From the NCBI GenBank assembly GCA_964106645.2, contig OZ067048.1: 64,000 nt of DNA, one strand, 5' to 3'. Positions 12,761 through 26,400 of the stretch are shown here, one piece after another; the first letter of the stretch is position 1; each line of letters begins with the position of its first letter. The stretch is from Podarcis pityusensis. Lineage: Eukaryota. A model generated the notes under the pieces. That model was not told where the DNA came from and ran no database searches. It was given only the letters and a program-made list of their open reading frames with translations. The translations under genes were made by a program, and so were the position numbers.

Positions 12761-15700
12761 TGGAGCAAACTTTAGTTGAGATGTCTGCATCGATGATCCT
12801 TGTGGCCCCTTGCAACTCTCCCTTTTCAGGCTGATCAACCAACATCTATGGGAAGCCCACAAACACAATGTGAGTGCAAAAGCATTCTCACCACTTGTGG
12901 ACACCAGCAGGGGAGGTAGAACAGCCTTATGTTGCCCTTCAGGGTGCAATAAGGATGCAAATCAAAGCAATAAGAACAAAACCACACACACAAACAACAA
13001 CAACAACTACATTCCTATTTAATGATATCTATACTGCACTTCCATACGAGTATTTCCGGGGTTGTTTGCAATAACTAATAAACACTTTGCAATAATAAAA
13101 CTGAGGAAATAATCATGTCCCGCCCCCCCCCCGCGCACACACCTCCCCCCCCCCCGCTGCTGTAAAGTGCCAGTTGAAAAAATTATGTAAAGCACTCAGA
13201 AGGGGGCCTCTTTAAGGTTTTAATGCTGTATGTTGGCAGGTTGATAATTGCAGGTGCTCATTCAACTACTCAGGTTGTAAGGCTCTTGGGCTGTAACTGC
13301 CATCAGCTGAGCTTCCAGCTAGTATGGCCAATAATTATGGGAAGCTGTGGTTCAACAATACCTCAAAGGTCAAAGTTTCTCCATCCCTAATCTAGGGGGT
13401 TAATAGTAAGTAAATCTATTCTGCTTGGAAACAGAAGCCCAGGTGAGATGTGTTTGCAACACCTGGTCACAATTAATAGCTCAGCAGCTAATTAATTTTG
13501 AATGAATTGCCCCAGCTGTTTAGAAAGTTGTTTGAGAGACTTGCAGCTGTTTGGGAGTGGATAGGATGTGTAAGATGTTTTCACTTTTAATTAGAAATAC
13601 AAAGACTGAATGTCACCCTGTTGGCAAAGAGCCTTTGTAAAACAAATTATCAATTTATGCAAAAGAACGAAAGTTTGCTACCACAGCCTTCTCTCACTTT
13701 GTCTCTCCCTACTTCTCTTCTTCCCCAACCTTATGCAGTCTATAACAATGTCTCTCATTGGTGGCCAGATGATGGGAATTGTAGTTCAACAACATCTGAG
13801 GGAAGAAAGGTTTTCCACGCCAGCTTTATATACTTAACTCTAGCAGGGATTTTGTATGCCAGACGTTGGAAGAGTTAAAAAAGAAAACAACCAAGAAAGA
13901 GCCAATTAGGAAGTTATGGGAACAGGAAGGAATACTTAAAGTAAGAACAATCATGGAAAAATAGAAGACATATAACAGAAGTTTTAAATAATTTGGTCCC
14001 GTGAGTGATTTCATGATGCCCAATATATTAAGGAAAAGCTATGTGTTTCATGTAGTTTATTAAATAGTATTATCAAACATGATACTGCCTGTCTCTGCCG
14101 GGGTTTTTTGTCTTGTTCTGGCAGTACAAACAGTGGTACAGGATTTGTTGGGAGGAGACAATTGTGTTGGATAACAATCTGACCCTAAGTAGCACTAGGA
14201 AGAATGACAGAAATCATAAATCTTAAGCGGAGTCATGAGTACCAAGAGCTCAGTCCTGGAATGTGTGCAGTAATACACCTGACTGTATGCAAAATGCCTT
14301 TCCCTCCAACAGGTAAAGCTTTTGCATCACAGAACATGACCACCTGATAAGACTTGCATCATAGTGCTTCTTATCAAGCAGTACATAATAGCATTGTAAT
14401 ATCAGATGTCCAGCCTGTTTCCTGAACAGCAGCCATTATGTCTGAAATTGACTTATTCATTAAACTGGCAAGTAAGGCAAGTCAAAGTTTTACTCAGGTA
14501 GGATTACTTAAAACAGATGAGGTCTTGTTAACTGGAGAAATTTCTCCAGCAATTAAAAAATGTTTATCACCTTGAAAATCTTGTTCTCATTCTATTGGAA
14601 TTTGGAAACAGCGTACTTAAGACTTAGGCTACAATCCTGTACCCTTACCTGGAGGTGAACCCTGTAATGTGGGCCGAGTATACCAGAGAATATCTCCTCT
14701 AGAATATACATAGCACAAAATAGTCTCCATTTCGCAGGAAGATGCAGTAGTTAATACCTTGATAGTCCATCACCTAACCTCTGAAAGGTTTCAGTCTCCC
14801 CACCTGGATCGGAAATAATTTCAATGATCACTGCCCAACTGTCCTTTTGTCCTCCAAAGTCCCTCAGCTGACCATCTATTCTGCAACATGAGACCAGAAG
14901 TTTTTGTAAGTAGATGCAACAGTATAGGTTCTTTGCATTTTCTTGAAGCAACATTTGGCCTCCTCTTGTTTGTTCCATCTTTTTCATCATAAACTAGGCT
15001 GTTGCGGTCTTGGGTGCGTTCCCTCAGTTGACATTCCCTGGCCCCCCAATGCCTAAAATGACTTGGTTCATGCTATGTGTGAGGGGTTTGACAGAGTAAA
15101 AACAAGCTACATTGGGCTCAGGGGACAGCCAGGTAGGCTGGGTGCTTTCAGCCTCCCCTCCTAAGTATTTGCCTCGGATTCCCAAAAATGCTCCCATCTG
15201 GGGGTAGAGGGAGCCCAAGCTGGTGTGGTGACGACCTACTTAAGTGCCTCTGGCACAACTGGCCTACCCAGACTGGTAGTCATGGGAAGGAATACAAGGC
15301 CCATTAAACACAATGGGACTTTCCCCCAAATGGTCATGTAGAAGATTGCACTGTTAATTATTGCTCGGGTTACCAACACTGCCTTAAATGATGGGCCAAT
15401 GTTTAGCATACTCTGTTAAAAATAAACAGAAATTTGGCCTAAAATCCAAATGCTGTGGATAAAAAAAACACTACAACCTGCATGTATTATTATAGTGCAT
15501 GAGTGTTGGAAAAAATAATTTAAAAATGTTTCTCCACTGTCACAATGCTGAAGAAGCAGCACACAGGATAATGTGAAGGCCCAAAAGAGAAATGTGAAGA
15601 CATGGAAGTATGTGACCACAGATTTTTGTTTGGGGGGGGGGGGAGGAGAGTAGCCACATGCTATGTGGCCTTAGATAGCAAAATACCCTATGATTAGAAA

Positions 15701-16169
15701 AGGTGTGCTCTTTTAAAAACATCCCAGTCCCCTTACACTCAGATCCCAACCAGCAGCATTTGAAGTCTCTGTGCTACCAAAACTGACTACGTCCAGGTAC
15801 ACTCACAACAATCTGCTAGCCAATATGATGCATCAAATCTTAAATGAGAATAAAATTTAATATTTTAGGTATAGTCATAATGGCTCAAAAGATTCAGCTT
15901 TGATACTTCCCCCTTTGTACAATATACTGCACTCACGTGTCTGTTAATGAATGTTAAGAATTTAAAACAAATACAGCCTGAAGGATTTGCAATTATCAAA
16001 AATTGAAGAGCGCCAGAACATGGCGGTCTCTGATGAAATCAGTCAACCATTTACAATTTCCTATTTCTCAAGAAATTTTAGGAACACTGGGCAACATAAA
16101 TATCACATGAGTTCCCACTTACTGCAACCTCCCCTACAGTCTGGTCTGGAGGGTCCCCCTCAACCCTAC

Positions 16170-16400
16170 AGAATCATATTTTGTACGTTGGGAAGGGACC
16201 TCAAGGGCCATCTAGTTCAACCCCCTGCAATGCAGGAATCTCAACGAAAGCATCCATTACAGATGGCCATCCAACCTCTGTTAAAAAACCTCCAAAGAAG
16301 GAAAGTCTACCACCTCACAAGGAAGTCTGTTCCACTGTTGAACAGCACCTGATGTTCTTCCTGATGTTTAGTCAGAATCTCCTCTCTTGTAATTGGTTCA
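16170..16400 (-). mobile_element. CR1 LINE 3'-end fragment
   Basis: TTGGGAAGGGACC...CATCTAGTTCAACCCCCTGCAATGCAGG...TTCCACTGTTGAACAGC. Confidence 0.75.
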
Positions 16401-16589
16401 GATGGATGACTCTGTAGCAGATTTAGGGGGGAGGAAGGGAGGAAAGGGAAGCTGCCACTGTGGAAATATATTCCATTGGCGGATGGACACCACTGGTTGC
16501 CAATGTTAAATCTATGTGCTGAAAACTAACATAATCCACTCAGAAAGACAAAGCAAAGTGTATGTTCCCCGTGTATAATGAATGTTAAG

Positions 16590-17816
16590 TCATTTAATAG
16601 ATTTCAGTTTTATTTGCAGATTCCACTGTAGTGTTGTAACAAATCACATCTGTGTACCAGAGCATACATCAACAGCCAGATGTAGACCTGAATTACAGCA
16701 CTGCTATAATATTTAGTTGTTTGAAGGAGACATAAGCATACACTATGGCCACAAATAATTTTCTGCTATTTTCTTTAACAACCTTCAAATTTCCAGAAAG
16801 ATTGGTATCTACGTTCAGGTTGTAGACCTAAAATGAAAGTTACTGAATAATTTGGTAAGGAAATAGCAAAAGGAGCAATCTCACAGGCACTGATATAGCA
16901 AACAATTATTTTAATCCAGAGCTACCATACTGATAAGCTCTTTGAAAACAAGTAGCCAGCTCTTTACCAAAGGGAAAAATGCCCTCCCTCTTAATGTTTT
17001 CGGCAAAATTTCAGAAATTTATTTTTTGGCCTTGCTATATCAAAGTCAATCATACAAAGACCTAGGCATGAAACCTAAATTGATACTTTTTTAAAGCCCT
17101 TCTATTAAAAACAAAGTCATGCAATTTTTAAAATCAATTATGCTGTTGCTAAAATTGCAGCAAATCCAAACTGTGTATGTTCAGCATTTATACTGCTAAT
17201 GCATAACTAACAACAAACCTGATTAGAGTAACACAAATCTGTCTTAAGTACACCATTATATCACTAAAGAGACAAATGCCATGGATTTGGCAGAAACATT
17301 TAATTGAAAGCACTTAAATAGCAGGATAAGTTTGTGTTAACGCTTCACATTTAGGAGAAATAATATTGCAGACCCACTTTACAAAAAGTGTTCTATAAAA
17401 TATTAAGTGAAGGACTGTATTTACCATTTTCTAATACAAAGCAACTTACAGCTTGTGTCAATGGTAACTTAAAATTCTAAATAAAAGAGCAAAATACACA
17501 AAGCTACTGAAGCACAAAACACTGTATTAAATACAGTGGAATTTAAGTATACATTGTACTACATAACGTAAAGAAGAGAAAACAATCATACATTAGAAGT
17601 TAGAAACTAAACAATGAGGGGTCCACTAGAAGTCAGAATAGTTTCCATTTGTGATCTCTTTCTACCATAATTAGTCTGCACATCCTAAAAAAAATGGTGT
17701 GAATGCCACACAAAAAGTAATTTTTCTAACTTTTCTGGATGTATTTAACAGACATTGAGAAAAAAATCTGAGAACAAATGGCCTCTGTTAACACCAAACA
17801 CATTTTCTTTTCTTTT
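16590..17816 (-). other. ZFR: ZFR 3'UTR with poly(A) signal AATAAA at 16609-16614 (ATTAAA at 16593-16598)
   Basis: AT-rich, repeat-free stretch after the stop codon; tttatt on + strand; the end point is inferred. Confidence 0.65.
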
Positions 17817-17996
17817 TTAGAAGTTATCATAATCTTTCTTGTCTTTCTTCCCCTCAGCTTCAAAGCCATCAACTCCATCACTGTCCCTTCTCCTTTTACG
17901 ATTGTTGTGAATATTGAAGCGCTGGTTCATCTGGGGCAAGGGATCCATTCCTAAAACTTTGTGTATTTGACGGAATGCAAGGAGTCTCAATGCAAA
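17817..17996 (-). CDS. ZFR: ZFR exon 20 ([21 protein letters not shown]...KKDYDNF*)
   Basis: ACAG acceptor, 180 nt ending in TAA; end of DZF domain plus NLS-like RKRRR. Confidence 0.97.
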
Positions 17997-18988
17997 CTGT
18001 GGAGGAGGAAAAAGGTTATCAGAATTATTTAAACTTCTAAAAATAGGTGCATGTTCATTTTAGTAAGACACTTTCAAGACCATACATATGAGTATTTAAA
18101 ACTCTTCTGTATGTACCATACAGCTTTACAGAATTTCAATTAATGATATAGCTTCTGAAAGTTCCTTGAAAACAAAATGTTAGTTGCATAGTGAAGCAAA
18201 ATTGGTCCCCTGTGTAGAATATGTTGCAAAATGCTGTATTTCCTCTGCCTTCAGAAGTGAAACTATCTAGAAGAGTGATGGGAACTTCTGCCTCATGGGC
18301 CAAATTTGGCCTATCAAACCATTTTCATCCAGCTACCCCACATGTGGCTCACATGTGACACTGGTTGTTGGGCAGGCAAAAACATGGCTGCATACTGCAG
18401 TTGGAAAGGACTGAAGCACAGAGTTCAATCCTGCTTGGTTTGTGTGTGTAAACCAGATCAGGTGTGCTGGTGCACCCAAATCCTACAGGAAGCAGGAATG
18501 AATTTGCTGTGCATCAGCTGATGCATAGGGAGTTCAATCCCGCTTGATAACTATCTCCCCAACCAAGCACCTGTCAATGTTGATCTGCAGGGTGCAGAGA
18601 GAGAGAGATCTGTCCCACTGGCCAAAAAGGTTCTCCAACCCTGATCTATAACATGAGTTGGGCTCTTTCCATATGCTACCCTGAATTGTAACTCCCTGAC
18701 TAGCCACTATCAATATCGCTCCTGATTTTTATCATTACTTCAAGCAGTTTTTTAAAAGTGCATTTGGTATTAATTTTGACATAGCATTTCCTTTTTCTTT
18801 ACATCCTTTAAAATGAAAAGCAGTAATTTGTAAAATTGGTAAAAGACCCTAGTAATTCTTCCTCTACTCCAACAGGTGCATCAACAGGGACTAGGGAGGT
18901 GGGCTGTGCTGGTTACTGGGTGGGAGTATAGTTTTTGTTTCTGTTACTCTGCTGCCAGCGTTGTTATTACTGCTATGGTGGAGGGGCG

Positions 18989-19056
<68 letters not shown>
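18989..19056. repeat. Compound microsatellite (CT)9(CA)7(GA)18
   Basis: Read directly. Confidence 0.95.
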
Positions 19057-19059
<3 letters not shown>

Positions 19060-19282
19060 GTTAATATGATTCCCCCTTTTCTATTTCAAGATGTATTTTT
19101 GTGTATGTTCTTCGGTGTAAGTGCCTAGTACGTTTAATACAAAATTAAAATGGAAAATTGAAATTAAACTACAGCATATAGGAAGCAAATTCATTTTTCA
19201 GATTAGGTTCTTTTTTTCTTTTTTGAAGTTTGTGTATCAGATATTCACTATATTTAACTATTTTATGAGAACTTTTAATTAC

Positions 19283-19380
19283 CTGTGCACTTGAAGTAAT
19301 GTCTTCTCGTTGCTGATCTGTCATTAAAGCAAGTGTATCAAAAGGATCTTTTTCACAGGGATCCAGAAGGCCAGGACCAC
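19283..19380 (-). CDS. ZFR: ZFR exon 19 ([32 protein letters not shown])
   Basis: AG/GT boundaries, 98 nt, phase-consistent, DZF domain. Confidence 0.97.
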
Positions 19381-19537
19381 CTATAAACAAAAAAGTAAAC
19401 TTTATTTTCTTTTTTCTTTTTAATAATTTCATGAAGATAGTATTATTTCATTCTTCCTATACTGTAACAAAATAATGTGTAAAGTAGACAAACCAATCAG
19501 TTTAATACAGTATTTCAAGTGTAGACTATGACTGCTA

Positions 19538-19654
<117 letters not shown>

Positions 19655-22275
19655 CTAAATAAAGCAAAGAGATGTAACAATAAACCACTATCCACACTTT
19701 AGTTTAAAACACGAAATGTAGAATGCCACCAGCTGGTAAGTAGCACATGATAACTTTATGAGCAATGGCTGTCTGTTAACACAGTCTTAAAACTTTGCAG
19801 CTCAGAAAATATAAGCAAGTTTAAACCAATACAGCAACTGTTGACACCTGCAGAAAGCCTTTTAATAAAAAAAAGAGTTGCCAATATCAATTCACACTGC
19901 CATGTTTCTCTCAGTGGAGGCCACGATAGAGTCTAGTGTTGTTGTTTTTTCATTAAAAATGTGCTTAACCTATAAATGAACCAAGGAAATGAATGCAGGC
20001 TGGAATCAGATACAATCTTGGCATGAAAATGGGGTCCTGCTGCAAAGATATGAAAAATGCTTGGATTGCGAGTTGCCCCTCTGCAGATTTTCACTAATTT
20101 CCCCTTTCCCATGTATTCTCCAACGTCCCATGCCATTCCAGAGAGCCCCCTGACCCTCCATAACAGATGGCGGGGCCAAGGGGCTGGAGAGGGAAACTGG
20201 TGAACATTGCCTCCCTTCTGCCAACAGGAGCATCAACTAAGTTCCATTCACAAGAAATGAGAATCCAAGCCAAAGGCAACACACACAAATATTTGCATAC
20301 AGTTTCAATAGTCAGGGGTATATATGTGATTATCAGATACCACCACCTAGCCTTGGTGATACAAAACAAAACTACAAATCTGCACACTGCAGAGAACTTG
20401 GGGGGAGATAAATGACTGTCTCTCACTTCATACCAGTCTTTGAAGATGCTCAGAAAAAACAAGCAAGAAATTCACAGCTTCAGAGGATCTCTGAAGCTTA
20501 CTGGGAAATAAGGGGCTCACCGCCTGCTCTTCTAAGGCTTCTGCACATACCAAGGGCCTTGGGAGTAGCTCAGTGGTTACCATAAAAAATGATCATATCC
20601 AAGGTTTGCAAGAATCTGTGGAGCCCTATCAGTAACATGGGCTGGATTTAACTACCCCAGTGTGCTAGCGGAAGCCAGCACAGGGAAACCCATTAGTACA
20701 AGAGTGCTTTCCCTCCATAATTTGCTCTGCAGGGTCAAGAGAACCCCCAGAAGAGCAAATGGCTGTGGAGGAGGAGATTGTTCCATCTGGACAGCTGAAA
20801 TGCTTGTTGCTGGCCGAATGGTTGTCATAGCACAACACTGAATTCCACAGGTGAAGGGCCTGTGTTTTGCATTAGATGCAGAGCTTACAGGGACATCTTC
20901 TGTACGGCCCACACTCCTTGCAAATTTTCATAAATAAAAGGAATGCAAGAGTCATTAGAAAGATCTGGCTCCCCTCAAATTCTTCAAAATTAATACTTAT
21001 TTTGTGCACTGTTTTGTAATTGCCCCTGAAGGACAGCATTAGCAATTTAAAATATGTTGGCTATATCCAATAGTTGTGTAAGCATAGGGAAGCTTGCTTA
21101 ACCAACTTGTTTAATAACTTGCAAGCATTTCTATACTGCCAACATTAAGAACAAAATATAAAATTTATCATTATTATTATTATTATTACAAGTGCAAAAT
21201 CAATACAGCTATTTACCCAGGAAATTCTGGGTGAACAAATAAGTTTTAAGCAGGCACCTAAATGACAATACTGTAGGCGCCTGCCTGATGTTCATTGGGA
21301 GTGCATTCAAAAAGTGCAGATACTGCCATACTGAAGATTGACAGATGATGGACCACAGGCGAATATAGCAGTGCTAAGAGTGTCTCTTGTGAAAATCCAA
21401 GTGACTAGGCTTAAGGTACCTAAGGTATCATATTCCCCCCCCCCCTTGCTGAATGTCCCATAAACTGCGTCTAGAGGGTCAAGGACTCTTCATAAAAAGT
21501 GGGGGCACTAGAGGAGGGAGGAATCACCCTAAATCAGGCAGAAATATTTTGTGTCAGTGGGATCTCTGCATATAAAAAGGGAAATACACTTCTTTAGCCC
21601 AAATGCCTTAAAAAGATAAAATCAAAATTACTGGAAATACAGATTTATGTAATCAACATGTGTGTGTTGTATAAGCACAAGGAGCTCTTTGGATTGAAGC
21701 TATGAGGCATCACAACGGCCAGAAAATAAATCTAGCTGCTTAAGTGAAGTATCAAATTCCAAAGTTGCAAGGATATTCAAAAGAATTTCATGCATAATTC
21801 TGAGAACACAGAGAATCGGCAATTAAATGTTTAATTGGTTTTTTTATCATTTTTATTGATACTTTACTATTTCTTGTAAATCACTTATGAGTTTCACAAC
21901 AATCAAATGGTATGTAAATCTTGTTTAAAAAATGAGAATGAGGCCTTCTGGTTCAGAAGCTCTCTCACACGTTAGCCCTACATCATGGTTCTTTAGAGGA
22001 AAATGTATTTCAAAATGTTTTGCTTTGTCCTGATGTTATGGATACCCTCACTTCTGAAACAAATGAATGCCTTCAAATAAATTAAGTATGGAGCATTTAA
22101 AAGAAATGAGCACCAGAAATCTCTATTGTCATTTTGGTGTCTGTTGAATATTTCCCTCTTTCAACAAGGCTACTAGGGAGATTATTGTCCTAGTCAGTAT
22201 CTGTATTTGTTTTGCAACTGTTTTTATGTATGCAATTGTTTTATTGCATTGTGAAATGACTTAAGAGATGCTTCA

Positions 22276-22434
<159 letters not shown>

Positions 22435-23216
22435 TCAAGTTAATCAATCCCAGCACCAATAGAAAATAGGCCTCTTAGAGAAGCTAAAACACCACTGTTC
22501 AATGGAAGCTCAGACACAGAAAAGAAACAAGCCACATGAAACATTCCAGGAGCTTCCATTTACAGAAGCATTTTATGCCAAGGTTAGTAATTGAGAAGTC
22601 AAGGTGCACAGGTTATACAAGACTAATATCCCTTGAATTCCTGCACACTTTGGTTCATTTGTACAGAAAATACAATTACCTTCCTATAATAGAAATACAG
22701 GAGTAAAGAGCTAACAAGTAGAGAGACTGAAAGGCTATGGGAATCTGTTTGGTTTCTCTGTCGTACCTTTGCTGGAGTGCAAAGTCACCAAACCAAATAG
22801 TTTCTCACCTTTCATTCCCTACACTTAATAAGCTTCAAGAAATAAAGGGTAAAAGTCTTACATCTAATACACAAAGCTTTAAACACACATTCTGTTATTT
22901 AAAGCAAAGTTACTCTGCAGCCTTATGGAACACATTACCAATACAAAACATACAATTTCCCCAAGCGAGTCAAGCTTTCAACTTCGCTATCTCGGTGGCC
23001 AGAAAAACAAGTTGACGTCAAATTGGCAAGAACGGCATAAAGCGGTTCTTCTATACAGATCTTCCAAGATGAATTAATTTCCCCCATGTCATTTAATTTT
23101 ATATATGAGTACACATAATAGATATATATACACATATTTACTATGGGCAACCTTTAGTTTTTCCGCATAGTTTAACATCCAACCGAACAACTGAACTACT
23201 CTCTCTCATAAGGCTA

Positions 23217-23428
23217 NNNNNNNNNNNNNNNNNNNNNNNNNNNNNNNNNNNNNNNNNNNNNNNNNNNNNNNNNNNNNNNNNNNNNNNNNNNNNNNNNNNN
23301 NNNNNNNNNNNNNNNNNNNNNNNNNNNNNNNNNNNNNNNNNNNNNNNNNNNNNNNNNNNNNNNNNNNNNNNNNNNNNNNNNNNNNNNNNNNNNNNNNNNN
23401 NNNNNNNNNNNNNNNNNNNNNNNNNNNN
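23217..23428. other. Assembly gap of 212 N, probably hiding ZFR exon 16
   Basis: Run of N; exon 15 ends in phase 1 and exon 17 starts in phase 0, and no [33 protein letters not shown]-coding exon was seen in the sequenced part. Confidence 0.85.
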
Positions 23429-26400
23429 TCACACGTGCCATTTATATTGCAATCCCTATCTCCAATGTATTCGTATTCAGTAGTAATAATCCCTTAATCT
23501 GTATGTGGTCATTAAGCCCAATACAAAAGGTAATCAAGAGCATAATACAAGGTTAGCTCTCAATCTTATTTTTTTATGTCCATCTATTTGTGAAAAAAAA
23601 ATCCTCTGGAAAAATAAATTTCCCCTAAAATTAAAATGTTGAAGGAAGAATGGTTGGACACAGTGCACCAGCACAGGAAACACAAGACAGAAGGAACACA
23701 AAAATCCACTTGAATGAAGCAAAAGTTACAACAAACTGTGAGCAAAATCTATTGTGAAGTTCTTCTGTGTGGGCCCCACTGAACTGAATGGGCATTGCTG
23801 TTAAGTTCCCATCCATTTTAATGGTGCTTGTGCAGAACAACTTCCCAGTGGATTGTGCCCTGTGTTTGTTGGGACAACTTAAAATGGCTGCATGCTACCT
23901 CAGACTTAGTCCTAGTTAATGGGTCAAAATTCTTCCTGAGCAGTCAAGACCCATGATGTACTAGGATACCTCCCATTAAGGCAAGGTAAAACTATACTTA
24001 TAGAAACAATCCAGTTTTTTTGGTTTTATGGAGTCTGAAGGGATGTGAAATACTTTGTAAAATTCAAGTCAAGAGCACCTGTACATTTTTGTATTTCTTA
24101 AACCCTCTAGGCTCCTATTGCACCAAGGTGCATGCTGTGTATATCCATCCCAATTTCATCCAGGGGTATACCAGAAGAAAACAAGAAAGAGGGGTCTGAA
24201 GAGAAGGAAGTAGAGGAAAAATCAAAACCAGGAAAAGCAGAAGCAACAGCAGTGTGATAGAAAGAACAACACTGCATCTGGTAAATTCTTATTTTCCAAA
24301 CAAGGATTTTGTGTCAGTTATAATTACTGTTCCTAAATATGTTGTAACTGCCTGCTGAGCAGCCAAGAGTATTTCTAGATATTTTTTAATTTTCTGCCAA
24401 TACAAAATTGCTGTTAAAATAAATGTTGAATGCAACCAGACTTTGCCTGGATTATTCAGCAGATGGGACAATAAAATGTAGTCTAATTTAAGCAAACATA
24501 CTCAAAACAGCAAATCAAAGACTCATGGAACACATCAACTAGGAAAAGAACGTAAACCAAGATATTAACAGATTTGGCTTGAAGGTCAGCCATCAATGAA
24601 GAGAAACAGGTCAGGAGAATGCAAGCCAGATTTTATATAAATTACACTTCCGCTGTGCACAGAATTATTTCAATTTCATTTAGTATGCTATGCCTGAATT
24701 GTACACCTCTCATAGGAAATCCATTTGATTATGCTTATATTAATATTTTACCAGTGGGATATACAAGTCTTAAACATTTTAGCAATGGGATTTATGCCAT
24801 TTTAACATGGTGAATTTTATGGGCTATACAGATACAGTGAAGTGAAAAATGAGTCACATTAGTGAGAGATTTCAAAGCAAATGAAAGAAGACATTAGGAT
24901 TATAGATGTATCAAGTGAAAGGACAGAAAATTTAAGGTAAAAGAGTCAACTGAGGCCAAAGTCAGCAGTACGATTTGATAATTGACACATTTAAAGTTCA
25001 GTTCATAATTCTGACAAAATAGGGAGAGTTTATTCTACTTTATATAGCTTGTGGGAGCAAGCTTTGTTTCATAAAAACTATTTATACTCTCCAAAAAAAT
25101 ACTTGCAAGAAAATAGCGTTAATGACTCAGTTTAATTATCACTAAAGTCCTGGATTATTATTATTTAAATAATTGTATTAAAACACTTGTATTTCGAAGC
25201 ACTACTTTTTTTAAAAAAAAAAAAGATGCAATGATCCAGAGACCCATATACAATTGACAAGCAAGATTATGGGTGATCCAGCTCTATTAAGCTTGAGATT
25301 TGTCATTGACCTCAGTGGGAGATAGAGTGTACCCATTACAAATCAACCTTGAAGCCATCAGAAGATGCTGAAGCAGCTATAGAAATTGAGAGCTTATCTG
25401 GGCTGGATATCCATTTAAAAGACTTTCCTATATGTGGATTTTTGCATGAAGACTCCAAGTGGATTAACCCCTTAAAAACTGGTCCTAAAATTAAATGAAT
25501 CAGAATTCAAGTGTGCCCTCTTAGCTTCAACCATAGCTTTTTTTTTTTTAAGTGCAGATTATTTTTCTTGTATTCTAAAAATAAGGGGTTAATCTTCAAT
25601 AAGACATGCTGTGTCCACACTATTTCGTTATTAAAAAGTTAACAGGTATGACATGCGCTTTCAATTCCAGGTGTGAATTAAGTATTACCCAGTCAACTGT
25701 TTCAAAGCTAGTGTGAACACTGCTTAATTCTAGAGAAGAGAGAGACAAAGACAAGAAGGGAAAAAAAGACAAAACACAAAAGTAACAGTAAATGCTAGGA
25801 CTATGCAACCAAACCCCCTCAAAAATATGGCAGGTGTGACATTGAGCTTTAGAAAACCTTGGTCAAAAATCCTTCCGATGTCCTGGCAGCAATCCCTGAC
25901 AGGATTCAATTGTCTCTGCTAGAAGGCTTTGGACCGGGGCTAGTAAGCTAAGGATAAAAAACATAAACATATACACTTTGCTGAAGAAACACATTCCACA
26001 GCATGGGTTACAGAATCTTTATATCCGGAGTAAATTCTGTAAATTAAACTGTTAAGTGCACAAAACTGTAAAGAAAAAAATCCTACATGGTTAACAGTTT
26101 TGTGTTTACCTTCTCCTTCCCCTTCAGTTTGCAACTGAATAGGATTACATAAGATGTTATTCAACCAGCAAATGAAATACATCTACTTCAAATTGGGTTC
26201 TTCCAGCAAAGCCTTCCTTGCCACCTGAATTCAACTCCCAAAAGCCAGCTAGATTCCATCAACCAAGTTAAGACACCGAGCATTAAGAGCTGCAGTTCAG
26301 AGTATACCATTTTTTTTGCAGCACATAAACAACGATCTTTATAAAAGTCTTGTTTACTGCAATTTGCAGTTAAACCACGTATTTCAGAGGTAAACTTTTT

